From positions 3,467,812 to 3,531,811 of the forward strand of contig NC_092675.1 of NCBI RefSeq assembly GCF_964355755.1: a stretch of DNA of 64,000 nt, read 5' to 3'. Under the pieces are notes generated by a model, which ran no database searches, had not been told where the DNA came from, and saw nothing but the letters and a program-made list of their open reading frames with translations. Of this stretch, positions 39,501 through 50,805 are shown piece after piece. The translations under genes and the position numbers were made by a program. Origin of the DNA: Antedon mediterranea. Taxonomy: Eukaryota > Animalia > Echinodermata. How positions within the stretch are numbered: position 1 is the stretch's first letter; the number at the start of each line of letters is the position of its first letter.

Positions 39501-39963
39501 TCTCTGTATACACCATTGTGGTACTCACAGAGGACGTGTCCCAGAGTGGCTGCGCAGACTGGCATTCGAAAAGTTAGAGCCTATTCTATGCCTCACCCGC
39601 TGTTCCAAAGGAGAAAGCCTTGATACGAATAACCAAACACCGTTTAGAAATTACCTAGGCGACAGGCATAACGGAGGTACACATTCGATGAAGTTGTATG
39701 AACGGAAACTTACCAATCAGACAACTTCGAGAAAATACAAACTATACGGCCTACTTGAGACGGTCGGTGACTTGACAAAGAATATCGTCGATGCGTATGA
39801 CAAACAGGATGTTGAAAGACAGATTGAATCTGAATGGATACGTGTTGGTTATGTGCTTGACAGAATTGCTCTGTGGGCTTTCAGTTTGATTACAATAATA
39901 TATTCCTGTCTTTTCTTTGGTAAAATGTATGTTATGTCTTACAGTTCAGGAAATAATGAATAG
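36582..39963 (+). CDS. Nicotinic acetylcholine receptor alpha-type subunit C
   Basis: Exons 36582-36633, 37074-37213, 37822-37866, 38273-38382, ~38604-39140 and ~39440-39963. Motifs: DERNQILTTNVWLRQ, WKPDVILYN, Cys-loop CKINILYFPVDEQHC, FGSWSY, YTCCDDLF, AETMPPTSE, VLDRIALW. Confidence 0.93.
37291..37520. mobile_element. MITE family A with internal 21-bp tandem repeats (other copies ~746-885, 8448-8590, 9768-9890, 28185-28343, 49150-49509, 52083-52197)
   Basis: TIRs agctctgtctacactatcaaac / gtttgatagtgtagacagagct with TAA/TTA flanks. Internal gcccaaatatggtagtgatat occurs 5 times here and fewer times in other copies. Confidence 0.88.
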
Positions 39964-39978
39964 AACTATTACAAACTA

Positions 39979-40320
39979 AAGCTTGGTTCCCACTAGGACG
40001 CAACGCAAGGATGTAAACGCAACGCAAACGCGTTGACCAATGACAAGCGACATTTCGAATAACCTATCACTTGTGATTGGTCAACTCACTTAAGCGTGGC
40101 TCCCACTAGCGACGCAACACAAGGACGTAACGCAACGCAAGTGAATTGACCAATCACAAGCGATGGCTTATTCGCTTGTGATTGCTAACTGTCTATAACT
40201 TCGCTTGTCATTGGTTAAAACGCTTGCGTTGCGTTTACGTCCTTGCGTTACGTTCTAGTGGGAACCAAGCTTTACGTTGCGTCCACGTCCTTGCGTTGCG
40301 TCCTAGTGGGAACCAAGCTT
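39979..40320. mobile_element. Nested MITE family B copies downstream of the nAChR C stop codon
   Basis: The inner copy 40093-40271 is flanked by duplicated TTA (40090-40092 and 40272-40274) and sits inside an outer copy of the same family. Confidence 0.9.
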
Positions 40321-41287
40321 CACAGAATGTTCTCATAGTCTGAGCGAGGTTTCTTTCCGTGTTTTGTGTAAATGGTCATCATTTTCCCGCTTTCCGTTAC
40401 GTGCCGCTAGTTTGTGTAAATTGGTCCATGTAAATTTTCAAATTCAATCTAGTAACTTTTTAAATAATGAGCATATTGTAACAATTGTTGCAAAAATAGA
40501 TTATTTAACTCTGTGATTATTTTATTTTAGAGCTACAGAGAATTCTGTAGGGTTTTACTCTTAGATTAAACAAATTCATGGCATCAACATTAGCCTATAC
40601 TACTGCAGTTACTGCTAAGTGTTTTACTACAACTAGTACTTAATTTTAGTTAATTACAGTGACTGCAACAAGCAGTGTGTACGATTATTAAAAAGATTGC
40701 TAAATATTTGCTGGTTAAAGAATAAACAAAAATTGTAGTTAAACCACAATGACAAACGATACCTACGATTAAATGTGATAACGTGTAATTTTAATACAGT
40801 AATTTCAATGTGAAATAGAGTGTGCAGGCAAAATAAACTCTATTTCTACAGATATCAAATGTATATAGTACTAAAAATAACTATATTTTCAAGTAAATAA
40901 ACAATAATAGACACGGACAACGTTTGTACAAACGTTGGTTAAGAATTCATTTGATTATAAAAATTGCTAGGCCTACAAAAATAACGATAATAAAGTTTTG
41001 AAGTTGACATCATGAATGGATCTATGGAATGTAACAGGAAGAAGATTCAGCCTTTACTGGTGTTTTACATTGAACCATTCATTAGTACCAAATATTATAG
41101 AGATATTCATTCATTCATTCAATCTTTTATTTCGGAAACTCTGGTCCATAGAAAGTAAAAAATTACATATAAATGAAATAAAATAAACAAGACTAATTTA
41201 ATTAGGCCTACTACTACTCATCTCAGGATGACATTCCACCTGGAGAGCATCTTCGACTTAACTAAGATATATATTATATAAATAATT

Positions 41288-41462
41288 CGAAACGATAAGA
41301 TGAGGAAATCTGTGTTAATGAGAAAAAGTCGTCCCAACCGAGATTCAAACCCGGAACCTTCTGCTTTATATGCAGATGTCCTAACCAAACTCAATTGGAT
41401 AGCGACTCTTTAACCCTCTCAGCATGGTATGTAGTCGATCAATTTGATACGCCCTCATCTTT
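41288..41462 (-). mobile_element. Degenerate second copy of the tRNA-bearing repeat (first copy 15440-15682, fragment ~8270-8355)
   Basis: Shares gaaacgata.agatgaggaaatctgtg, atgcagatgtcctaacca, ggatagcgactctttaac and gatacgccctcatctt. Confidence 0.75.
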
Positions 41463-41637
41463 CAGTATTTTATTTACGAAAAAATATATTTGCTAATACA
41501 GTACAGTAATAATAATTATATGTAATATTTGAAAATTTCAATAATATTTCTGGAGTAATGGTATTAAAATCTTTTAAACGTCATTAGTGAAACCTTTATG
41601 ATCAGTAAAATAATGTTTTCTTCTTTTGCAACAACAT

Positions 41638-44600
41638 TCAGTGAATTCGGGAAGTTGGAGCCCACATATCTGGGTTGTTTCCAAACACATTTTTCAGCTC
41701 ATCCGTGGCTTCAATAAGTTTCTTGTTAAATTCCTATGTAAAAAAAAAATAGAAAAAAAAAATGAATTCCACAAATTAAAATTTTTATCTATGACTGCCT
41801 CATGACAATTTGTTATTATAGGATTTTCTCTTTTGACTGTATGCTTTTGAATCTTTTGATGTTTTTTTCATTATCGTGTTTTTTGCTTTTTTAATATTTA
41901 ATCTCAAGAGCTTTTACTGTGTACACACAATTTTTAAATATTTATAAATATTTGACAATATATGCTGTACATGTTAAACTAAATTCCATGAAAAAATGTA
42001 ATTTAAAACAAAATATACCTAAATTTTCTGTCAGATAATGATTCTTGATTTCTTTTGTTTTAGTTACATAATTAATTTTGATTTTTTTTACAGAAGTGAA
42101 TAACTTTATTAAAATTGCCTATTCAAAATCTAATTTTTTTAATCTCTTTTTTTTCATGTTTTTGGGGGACAATACATCTTTAATGTTTTTATCTACGATT
42201 GCTCTATCTTTTGTTATATAATAATACTTTTAATCAAAGCTTTCAACTTGGAAAAAATTAAATATATTAGGATTTACCTGTGAAACCTGAACTAGTTTAC
42301 AATTCTGTTCCAACTGGTCAGCTGAGCTACATCCTACAATAACTGATGCCACATTCTGCTGCTTCAGGAGCCAGGAGAGGGAAGCGGTTGCCATGAGAAC
42401 AGACTCCTCCTCGCATGCCTTCCGAATAGATTCAATGGACTGAGAAAAACAAAATATGGTATGGTAACATTAAAAAGTAAATATTTTGTGCATTATTACT
42501 AAAGGTAAAGTCACTGTGTGATTAAACCTAGAATCTGTATTATAATAGCTATAGTACTGTAACCTTTGAACTCTATCTCCTTCATTGGACTGATAAGAAA
42601 AAAAAAAAAGTATAACAAATCTATCTGAACTTAGTAGTTCTGTATTTATATCACCTTAAATGTCAGTTCTTCAGCTCCATCCTGCCCATGTTTTGATAAA
42701 GTGGTGCTGTCTTTGCTAAAGTGCCTGGTGCGACGTCTCCCTTCTGGTACATCCTCTGGCTTACTGAACTTTCCTGTTAAAAGTCCTTGCTGCAGAGGGG
42801 AATAGGCTAGCACACTCGTGTTGTTGTCTACGCAGGCTGGAATGATATCGCACTCAATGGGCCTGAAGAGCAGATTGTATGCTAACTGAAAATTAATTGA
42901 CAAGTCGCATTGATTTTATTAAAAACAAATTTTTTATCTCTGCCACTGAAAGCTGCTCAATTGTGCATAATGGTCACACATAAAACCCGAAATTTTGTAA
43001 ACATTCACAACATTTATAATAAGTACTATTTAACGATCGTTGAATAGTGCGTACTATTGCACGCCATGTGACCCACATTTGTCCAATCAAATGACAGGAA
43101 TTTATATAGGTGTTATATAAAACCTGCTATTGATTGGAGATAGTAGAAACCCTGTTAGCTCTATTTTCATCAGGACACAAGGTAGACCTAAGTGATGGCT
43201 ATCACAGGGAATGATGCACCATTCAATTCTGGATTATTTTTCACAACAGAATAACACAAGCACACTGTAACCAGTTATTATTTTATATTTGCATATGTCT
43301 ACCTGGTTAGTGACTGCAGTACCTCCTGCATCTTTAAAGTCTTTCATGTCTTGGACACCAAAATTGCACACCCCATAATGCTTGATTTGACCTTTGGCCT
43401 GTAACCTCTTCAACTCAGCCACTGTTTCCTTGGCATCATTCATCATCACTGACCAATGAACCTAAAAAAGTAATGCTCTTCTTATTTCTATCAATATTTA
43501 CAAACAACCCTTTTAAGATATATTATCAAAGTGACACAGCTATTCTTACTCCTCATAGTTAGGCTTTCTGCAGGTCATGTCATGTCAGTGTAGGGGTTAT
43601 AGGTTAAAATTAAGAAAACAATGGTCTTGTCTAATTTCTGCCATGAATATTTTTAATTCTTTCTGGCCGATGCACCAGTTCTCGATTTGAAGTTTAAAGA
43701 TACCTAGAAGGGTTATTTGTGGGTATAATTACAATCTATTTTGTGCTTTACTGTGTGTATGGAGATGCAGCAAGACTTAAAAAATAGGTGGCTAAACTGT
43801 CTCTCTTATGGATATATGGCTACTTTGACAGCATTATTTTCCAATAATTTCCTGGCATGTCTACACCCTATACTAATTGTCTATTTGTTGATCATAGATG
43901 AAACTCTGCCAGGTCTGTTGAGCATCTTTATGATAAACCTACCTGGTACAGATCAATGTAGTCAGTTTTTAATGCTTCAAGACTTAGCCTCAATGACTGC
44001 AATACAGAAGAAAATAATGTGCTGATCAAAATAAAGGAAATTCTTAAGCTGTCACTGTGTCAGAATACTAAAAGTTATCTATTTTAAAATTCTTCTTATA
44101 CTACAATCATGAGATTTAATTTGTAATGGCATGTGCGTGTGTGGAACGTGTCAAATATAAAATTATAATTATACCTCTTCAATATCTGTCGCACGGTATG
44201 GCGTCTTAACCCTGGCTCCAAATTTAGATGCAATTATGACATCTCTTCGTCGACTACCAAGACACTGTCCAAGTACTTCTTCCGATTTGTGCATTCCATA
44301 CGCCTATAAATAAAATAATGGTTATTAAACTAAACACTAAATACTGTAATATCACACATTACACAATCAACTTAATTACAATGAACAATTAGATTTGCAC
44401 TTTAAATCACTAAAGTAATGTTAAATTACTAATATATATTATATTTTAAGCCTAAAGCAGAACACAGCACCACACCATAAAAACAATTCTATTTCCATCA
44501 AATTTATATAGGGTACCTACTTCAGCTGTGTCAAAGAAGTTGACACCCATTTCAATGGCCTTGTCCACAATTGACTGAGAAACCTGAAATAAATAATATA

Positions 44601-44865
44601 GTCTGATTGTTTAAAACAAGTTTGAAGTGAATGTAAAAGTGCAGTAGCGCCTACAAAATACCTTCACATTAATTGCAGATTGAAAAACATTTGTTTACAT
44701 CTTGCAAGTGTGTAAGAACAAACAAGAGATGAGTGCTTTTTAAATATTTACCTTTATCGATTGAGCGGGCCATGTTTCATCACTTTTACCTCCATTGAAC
44801 TGCCAACAACCAAGACATATTTGTGAAACATTTAAGTCACTTGACCCTAACAATGATCTCTGCAT
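41638..44865 (-). CDS. Aldo-keto reductase family protein
   Basis: Eight coding exons (approx. 44751-44865, 44521-44583, 44175-44303, 43943-43996, 43302-43461, 42655-42886, 42278-42440, 41638-41733). Motifs: VSQICLGCWQF, FFDTAEAYG, IASKFG, LKTDYIDLYQVHW, IKHYGVCNF, AYSPLQQGLLTGKF. The Asp-Tyr-Lys-His tetrad is present. Confidence 0.92.
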
Positions 44866-45299
44866 TCTATTGTAAAAAAAAAGATCAATCAATCATACAT
44901 AAAGAGTAGGATTTATGTAAGAATTCCTAATAATTATTCTGGAGTTGCTGGTGTCCATTGTTTTTTAAAACACAAGAAGATATAAACTAGCCCCATCAGC
45001 CTTTGGCATCAAGACTTTAGCATCAAGACGGAAGTGTGTACCTAGTATAGCTAGGCTTAGTAGAATATAATTAATATAGACCTAGCAAGACGTTTCGGCC
45101 CGGGACTGCAACAAAATGTCCGACCTCCTAGCTAGTTCACAGACAGGTCTAGCTAGGATATATGAATAATATGAAGGAAACCGCTAGTACTGCTAGTACC
45201 TAAGCCTATTCTATTATTATGTCAGTAGTGTATTGTTTGTAAGTTTATGCGTTGTAAGTTGGGGTGGTCCCTTTCGATTTATTTAACAATTATTTATAG

Positions 45300-45540
45300 T
45301 TATTAAATTCTCACTTCGAAGTATCTTCCGGTACGTTCCTTTTTTACAAGCTTGACACGTGTGAATGTTTACAAAAAGGAGGCCCTCTATCACGTAACAA
45401 CAATATTTGTTTATGATAATTGCGCCCTCTATTATCTGTTTAGCGGCAATTGTTTAAGTTTTTGAAAAGTTCGTAAAATTATCCCTCAAATTTGTTTTAT
45501 TTAACTCATTCATCGTTTTTAAATAAACAATCGGTATGTA
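45300..45540. promoter_or_regulatory. Probable bidirectional promoter of AKR (-) and SKA1 (+)
   Basis: The two ATGs are divergent and 1.3 kb apart. Candidate 5'-UTR splice donors lie at ~45314 (minus, gtgag) and ~45534 (plus, gtatg). Two GCCCTCTA motifs lie between them. Confidence 0.55.
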
Positions 45541-45544
45541 TATA

Positions 45545-46020
45545 GGCTAGGCCTAGTGTTGATTATCACAGTGTGTTATTATAAATAGAAGCCAATCTCT
45601 AGCTAATAAGTACTCAGTCAGCTCAGCTCAGCCTCAGTACGTAGTAGTAGGCCTACCTCTACCTACTCTACTACTACTACTACTAGCCTACTACTAGTAT
45701 AGTAGGCCTACTAGAGGCCTAGGAGGCCTAGCTAGACTAGGCCTAGCCTAGCTAGGGCCTAGCTAGGCCTAGATAATAGCCTAATAATAGTAGTAGGTAT
45801 ACTAGGCCTACAGTAGTAGTAGCCTCTAGCTAGCTAATATGCCTAGCCTAGTAAGTAGGAGGAGGCGGCCTAGTTAGTAGTAGACCTAGATGCCCAACAA
45901 GAAGGAGCCCGGGCCTAGCCTAGGCCTATACTAGGCCTAGCTAGTCTAGGCTAGCCTAGGCCTACTGTATACTGTTACAGGCCTAGCTAGGCAGATGATG
46001 TATCAGTAGTACTCTAGTGG
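45545..46020. repeat. Low-complexity tract of CTAG / TAGGCCTA / TAGTA palindromic words
   Basis: Dense ctaggcctagctag and ctactactag runs upstream of the first coding exon of SKA1. Confidence 0.85.
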
Positions 46021-46204
46021 GCCGCCCTCTAATTACCTACAATTGGTCCAATTTGATTGGGTTGGATTTATTGAATTGATAAAAAATAAGATTTAATTTT
46101 AAGAACATGTGTGAGTATTTTCAACTCAATAAACAGATAAAAATTCATTTGCAATTAATGACATTATTAAAAGATCTTAAAATTTTATGTTTAAGATTTG
46201 AATC

Positions 46205-49200
46205 ATGGAGTCTGAAACTGTGGAACAGCTACAGGAACATTTCTTGAATAAACTAGAAAATTTGAACAAATGCATGCAGATGTCAAATATTTGTAAGTAT
46301 TTTGTACTATAGAGAGTAACATTTCATACATAAACTACTCTGTCTGTGTGTAACTATATTATATATATATATATTAATGCTTATATTATAAGAAACACAT
46401 CAAGTGGAAATTACTAGAATTAGTAATATTGTTCTGTTATACCCCTTTCACACCAAAAGTCTGGAGTGTCTCCGGAGACACCCCGGGGTTTATGACCATT
46501 CAAAACGTCGAGAAACTCCGGAGATACCCCTTTCACACCAACCTAGCAACTCCGGGGTTTATAAAATAAAATTGTAAATGTCGCCCTCTATTTTGTTTGT
46601 TTACATAGCGACGATCATTAGAATCATTTTAATTAATAATATGTTTAATTTAATAATTACTTTCAAAAGTCTCAGAAGTAATATAATGTTTTATTGATAC
46701 TACTTATTATTTTTGAACCCGCTATATATGTTGTACAAATATTTAAAGTATTTTGAAATAAAACTAAAGCAATGAGTGATCGTGTGAGGATGACCTTTTG
46801 ACCCGAAACACTCCGGAGTTTGATGTTGGTACCTTTCACACCAAAACACCGGGGTGTCCCCGCAGTTCGCTCTCCGGAGAATGTTCAGCTGTTCAACCCC
46901 GCAGTTTTAAACTCCGGAGTTGCTTGATTTTACCTTTCACACCAAACAGCGGGACGTCAACTCCGGAGTGTCTCCGGAGTTTTGCTTTTGGTGTGAAAGG
47001 GGTATTAGTGTTAGCCATTAGTTTAATTTACTGTAATTTGAATACCTCTCATTCTCAGGCCAAGAGTCGGAAGTTCAAGATGTATTGGTCACTGTTAATC
47101 ATGAGCTTTTAATTCTTGAATCAACAATTGTACAAATGAAAGAATGTCTTAAAAACCAGAAAGAACAGCTTGCACATTCAAAGGTAATTTGTCACACAGA
47201 ACAGAGAATGTGCGGGTATAGACACTACAAACAGCACCAAAACGTGGTGCTCTTTTTAAAGACTCCAATTGAGATTGAGTTACTGGCCCAACAGGACATA
47301 CTCAATGCATTCTATATTTTTGGTGATGGAACAAATCTTCTAGGATAAGGATTAAGTCTCATTTATTTTTTAGCGGTATATAAATTCAACAAAATTAACA
47401 TTAAATATTTCAATGCAAACATCAGGCTCATGTTCACACAGTGCATCTTTTAGAAAGAGTAGTGGGTTATCCCTAGTGTTCTGTTTTTATTTTTGTTTTT
47501 TCTGCCTTGAAACACTGCAACGAAAAACAAAACCTTTTGCCTAAATTCATTAAACAACATTGTCAGTAACTTATTTTTTAGATGCTGTCTGAAGAGTTGA
47601 AATCACAGAATACTTTACTACAACACATGTCGGAGAATATTCCATCTCAATTGCCTGGACTACAAAAGATTGAAACAGAGAAAAAACAAAGGTAATGCTT
47701 TAAATTAATACCCTTTTTAAATTACTACTACCTAGACCCTATTGTGCAAACTAAGTGAACACTCATCTTAAAAGTCCTAACTAATCAGTGCTATTGGAAC
47801 ACTCTGACCATAAAATTTGAATTTATCTCGTGACCCGAAAGGTTTAGACAATTACAGTGCCTATATAAAAACTATAGTCATTACTGAACCAGCATTTTGG
47901 AATAATTCAATGGTATATAAATACAATACAATCACCAGAATGCTGTGAAGTGTATCTTCATTTTTAAATAAAAAGTATATATACATATTTATTACTGTAG
48001 ATCATATTAATTATTTATTGTTGTATATTTTGTTAAGTGTCGTATTGAAACCAAAGAATGAAGAAAATAAGAATCAACCTGAAGAAGTTAAAAGAGTGTC
48101 CAGTAAAACATTTAAGAAAGTTGTCTGCAACATGAGCTACATTACAGTTGAGGAATATAACAGTGTTCCAAAGTAAGATATGGTTTATAACCTAGTAAAT
48201 CTTTTGAGATAAGTAGGGGGTTACCCCGGTGTACTAGTATACACACAGCCACGGTGACACTCAGCAAGAGGTCCCTTTGATTGTCAGCATATGCTGTTTA
48301 GGGTCACCCCCTATAAATAAGGTGAAATAAATGAATAAAAATCCTTGCTTTATGTAAATATTTAAATTGCGATTATTAAAAATAAATATGGTAAGACTTT
48401 CTGACATTTTTACTGTACATCGCACGGTCAAATTATATTGACAATATTTTTGTTACAGGTACATGAAGGGACGCTTACCTTATGCAACAGTGAATACAGT
48501 GGTGGATGGTATTAATAAGGCAGTTCAAGCCAAGTACACGTTCCTAAAACATCCGACTCACTCGCTTAACAGCAAAGACATAAAGAAATACAAGAAATAT
48601 AAAACACAGGAAACCAAAGACACTAAAGGTATGTTTACTCAAGGCAATCTAACAACAGGATTCTGAGCTCCGGAGATCAAGGGGTTTATCTCTGGCTGCA
48701 ACACGATCCGTTCTACATCCTTTAACAGACACTGTGTGCAGCAGGGATTATATACATAATACAGTACTGTTGGTATTTGTGGCAGCCAGACATAAGATCA
48801 AAGGACTGTTAGGAGTTCCTATCCTGGCAAGACGAGCTCAGTGTCCTGTTGGTTGATTGCCTTGGTCTACCAATGGTATATCATTTAACTCTGTAAACTC
48901 CCTTCTAAATGTTGGCCTTTTTTTACTAGAAAAAGAACCTCTCTTCATCAACCACCACACAGACCTGTTGCTATGCAGTGGCGGATCTTTGATTTTCAGC
49001 ACATGCATCAGATTATTTAAAACATTTTGATCAACCTTACAATTTATTCAATTCTGAATGTAAAGCTGTCTACACTATCAAACCAGTTCGACAAAAAAAC
49101 TGTAGCCAAATATGGTTAGACCTCTGAAATGCTTTTCTTTATCTTGCTATGTCTATACTATCAAACTAGTTTGGCAAAAAAAGTGTGATGTGCCCAAATA

Positions 49201-49697
49201 TGGTAGTGATACTCTCACCGCATTGCTTGTATCCTTAGGCAAGATACTTTACTTACGTTAGCCTCTCTCCACCCAGGTGTATAAATGGGTACCCGGTTAG
49301 ATCAAGACACAACTTTGCGCTGATTACTAGCTGCATGTTTCCATACGTGTTTGATCCAAAAAAATGACTGGGGTAATAATGTTCAGCGCTTAGAGGTTTC
49401 ATTACATTAGGAGCTATATAAATCCAGGATGATATTATTATTATCATCATGTCTATATATGGGCACATCACATTTTTTTGTTACAAGTTTGACAGTGTAA
49501 ACAGAGCTTTATGTTTTTATATTTTATTCTTTTTACTTATAGGTGTGTTTTTCTGTATTGAGGACGATCTGAAGAACTACACTAGCTTGCGTATGGACAG
49601 TAATACTCGCTCCAGTTTGACGATACTACGTCATTGCGGTAGAATGCGTGAAATACGTGGAAATGGTATTATTCGGTATTGTGTTAATACTGGATAA
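46205..49697 (+). CDS. SKA1: Spindle and kinetochore-associated protein 1
   Basis: Exons 46205-46292, ~47059-47182, 47582-47691, 48038-48172, 48459-48628 and 49543-49697. N-terminal coiled coil plus the SKA1 microtubule-binding domain motifs YITVEEYNSVPKYMKGRL, INKAVQAKY, FFCIEDDLK and ILRHCGRMREIRGNGIIRY. Confidence 0.92.
46440..47004. mobile_element. Harbinger-like MITE in a SKA1 intron
   Basis: TIRs tacccctttcacaccaaaag / cttttggtgtgaaaggggta, TTA on both sides, internal ctccggag and tttcacacca repeats. Confidence 0.88.
49213..49445 (+). mobile_element. 5'-truncated SINE nested in a MITE family A copy
   Basis: High identity to 6887-7124; it interrupts the ...atatggtagtgat / catcatgtctatatatgggcacatcaca... 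body of the MITE. Confidence 0.8.
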
Positions 49698-50805
49698 TAC
49701 AATTAAATAGTTTTTGTTATATATTTTATTTCATTGTGTCCTGTAGAACTATAAATTACTCAATAGTATTGTTATAAGACAGGCTCAATCAACTACTGTT
49801 AGACCCCTTTTTTGTTAAATATAAAAGAACATATTGACCATTCCATGCTTGGAAACTGAGTGCCATTGTTTATTATAGATGCTGATGTACATGATTTTCT
49901 AAAATACTGTAACGCCCTCTTTTTTTCAACGAATTGTATGTCATCTATGGTTTTTCTGAAGTTTTTACCTTTTTAGAATAATTACAGGACATTTATACTA
50001 CAGACAACTCTTCCAATACTGGACTCTCTGAAAACCAGAAACTCTCCCAAAACCAAATATTTCTTGAGGTCTAAAACCATTAAAAACACATTATGAATAC
50101 TAGCCCAAATTAAATTGCGAGAGTTGACTGTACTTTAGTAGTTGTTGTCTTTGTTTTACTGACTAATTTTTCTGTGCATTCAGGCAACCAAGATGCACAT
50201 ATATTTTATTACTAAAATGATTCACTAAAAAACATGTATAATGATTTTGGAGTGTGATTCACTTCACCTAAAATAGATTTAACATTCATTTTGTAATCAC
50301 TGATCTGTATTTTAATATTTTGTAAAAACATGCACTGAATAAAGTAGATAATTATGAAGAACATGTATTTTAGATATGTTTGTTAGATTGATTGCCTAGA
50401 TTAATGAAATGTAGTAACATCTTAAGCATATGATTTATTATTTTGGAATTACATTATATAGAGGGCGGGCGGAGAGGTGTACACAATTGTCGTATTTGAT
50501 TGGAATTATTTTGAGTGTTGAGATTGTTCTTAACGAAAAAGCTTGCGCTGTTAACGTTTTCTATTCGAATGATTTTCATTTACGTTTACAATTTATCATT
50601 CGAATACAAAAAGGACTCAAGGAATCGAATACAACAAATGTGTGCACTTGGTGTGCTTATTAAATTAAAAGTTTTTGACCGATGAGGGCGTTATCAATGG
50701 TGAAATAAAATCCGAAAAAAGCACATTTTTTTTACAAGTGTTGGAAGAGCGAGAAGGACTTGGGCCAAAGTCTTCTAAATATCGCGCTAAGTTTAACAGG
50801 TAAAA

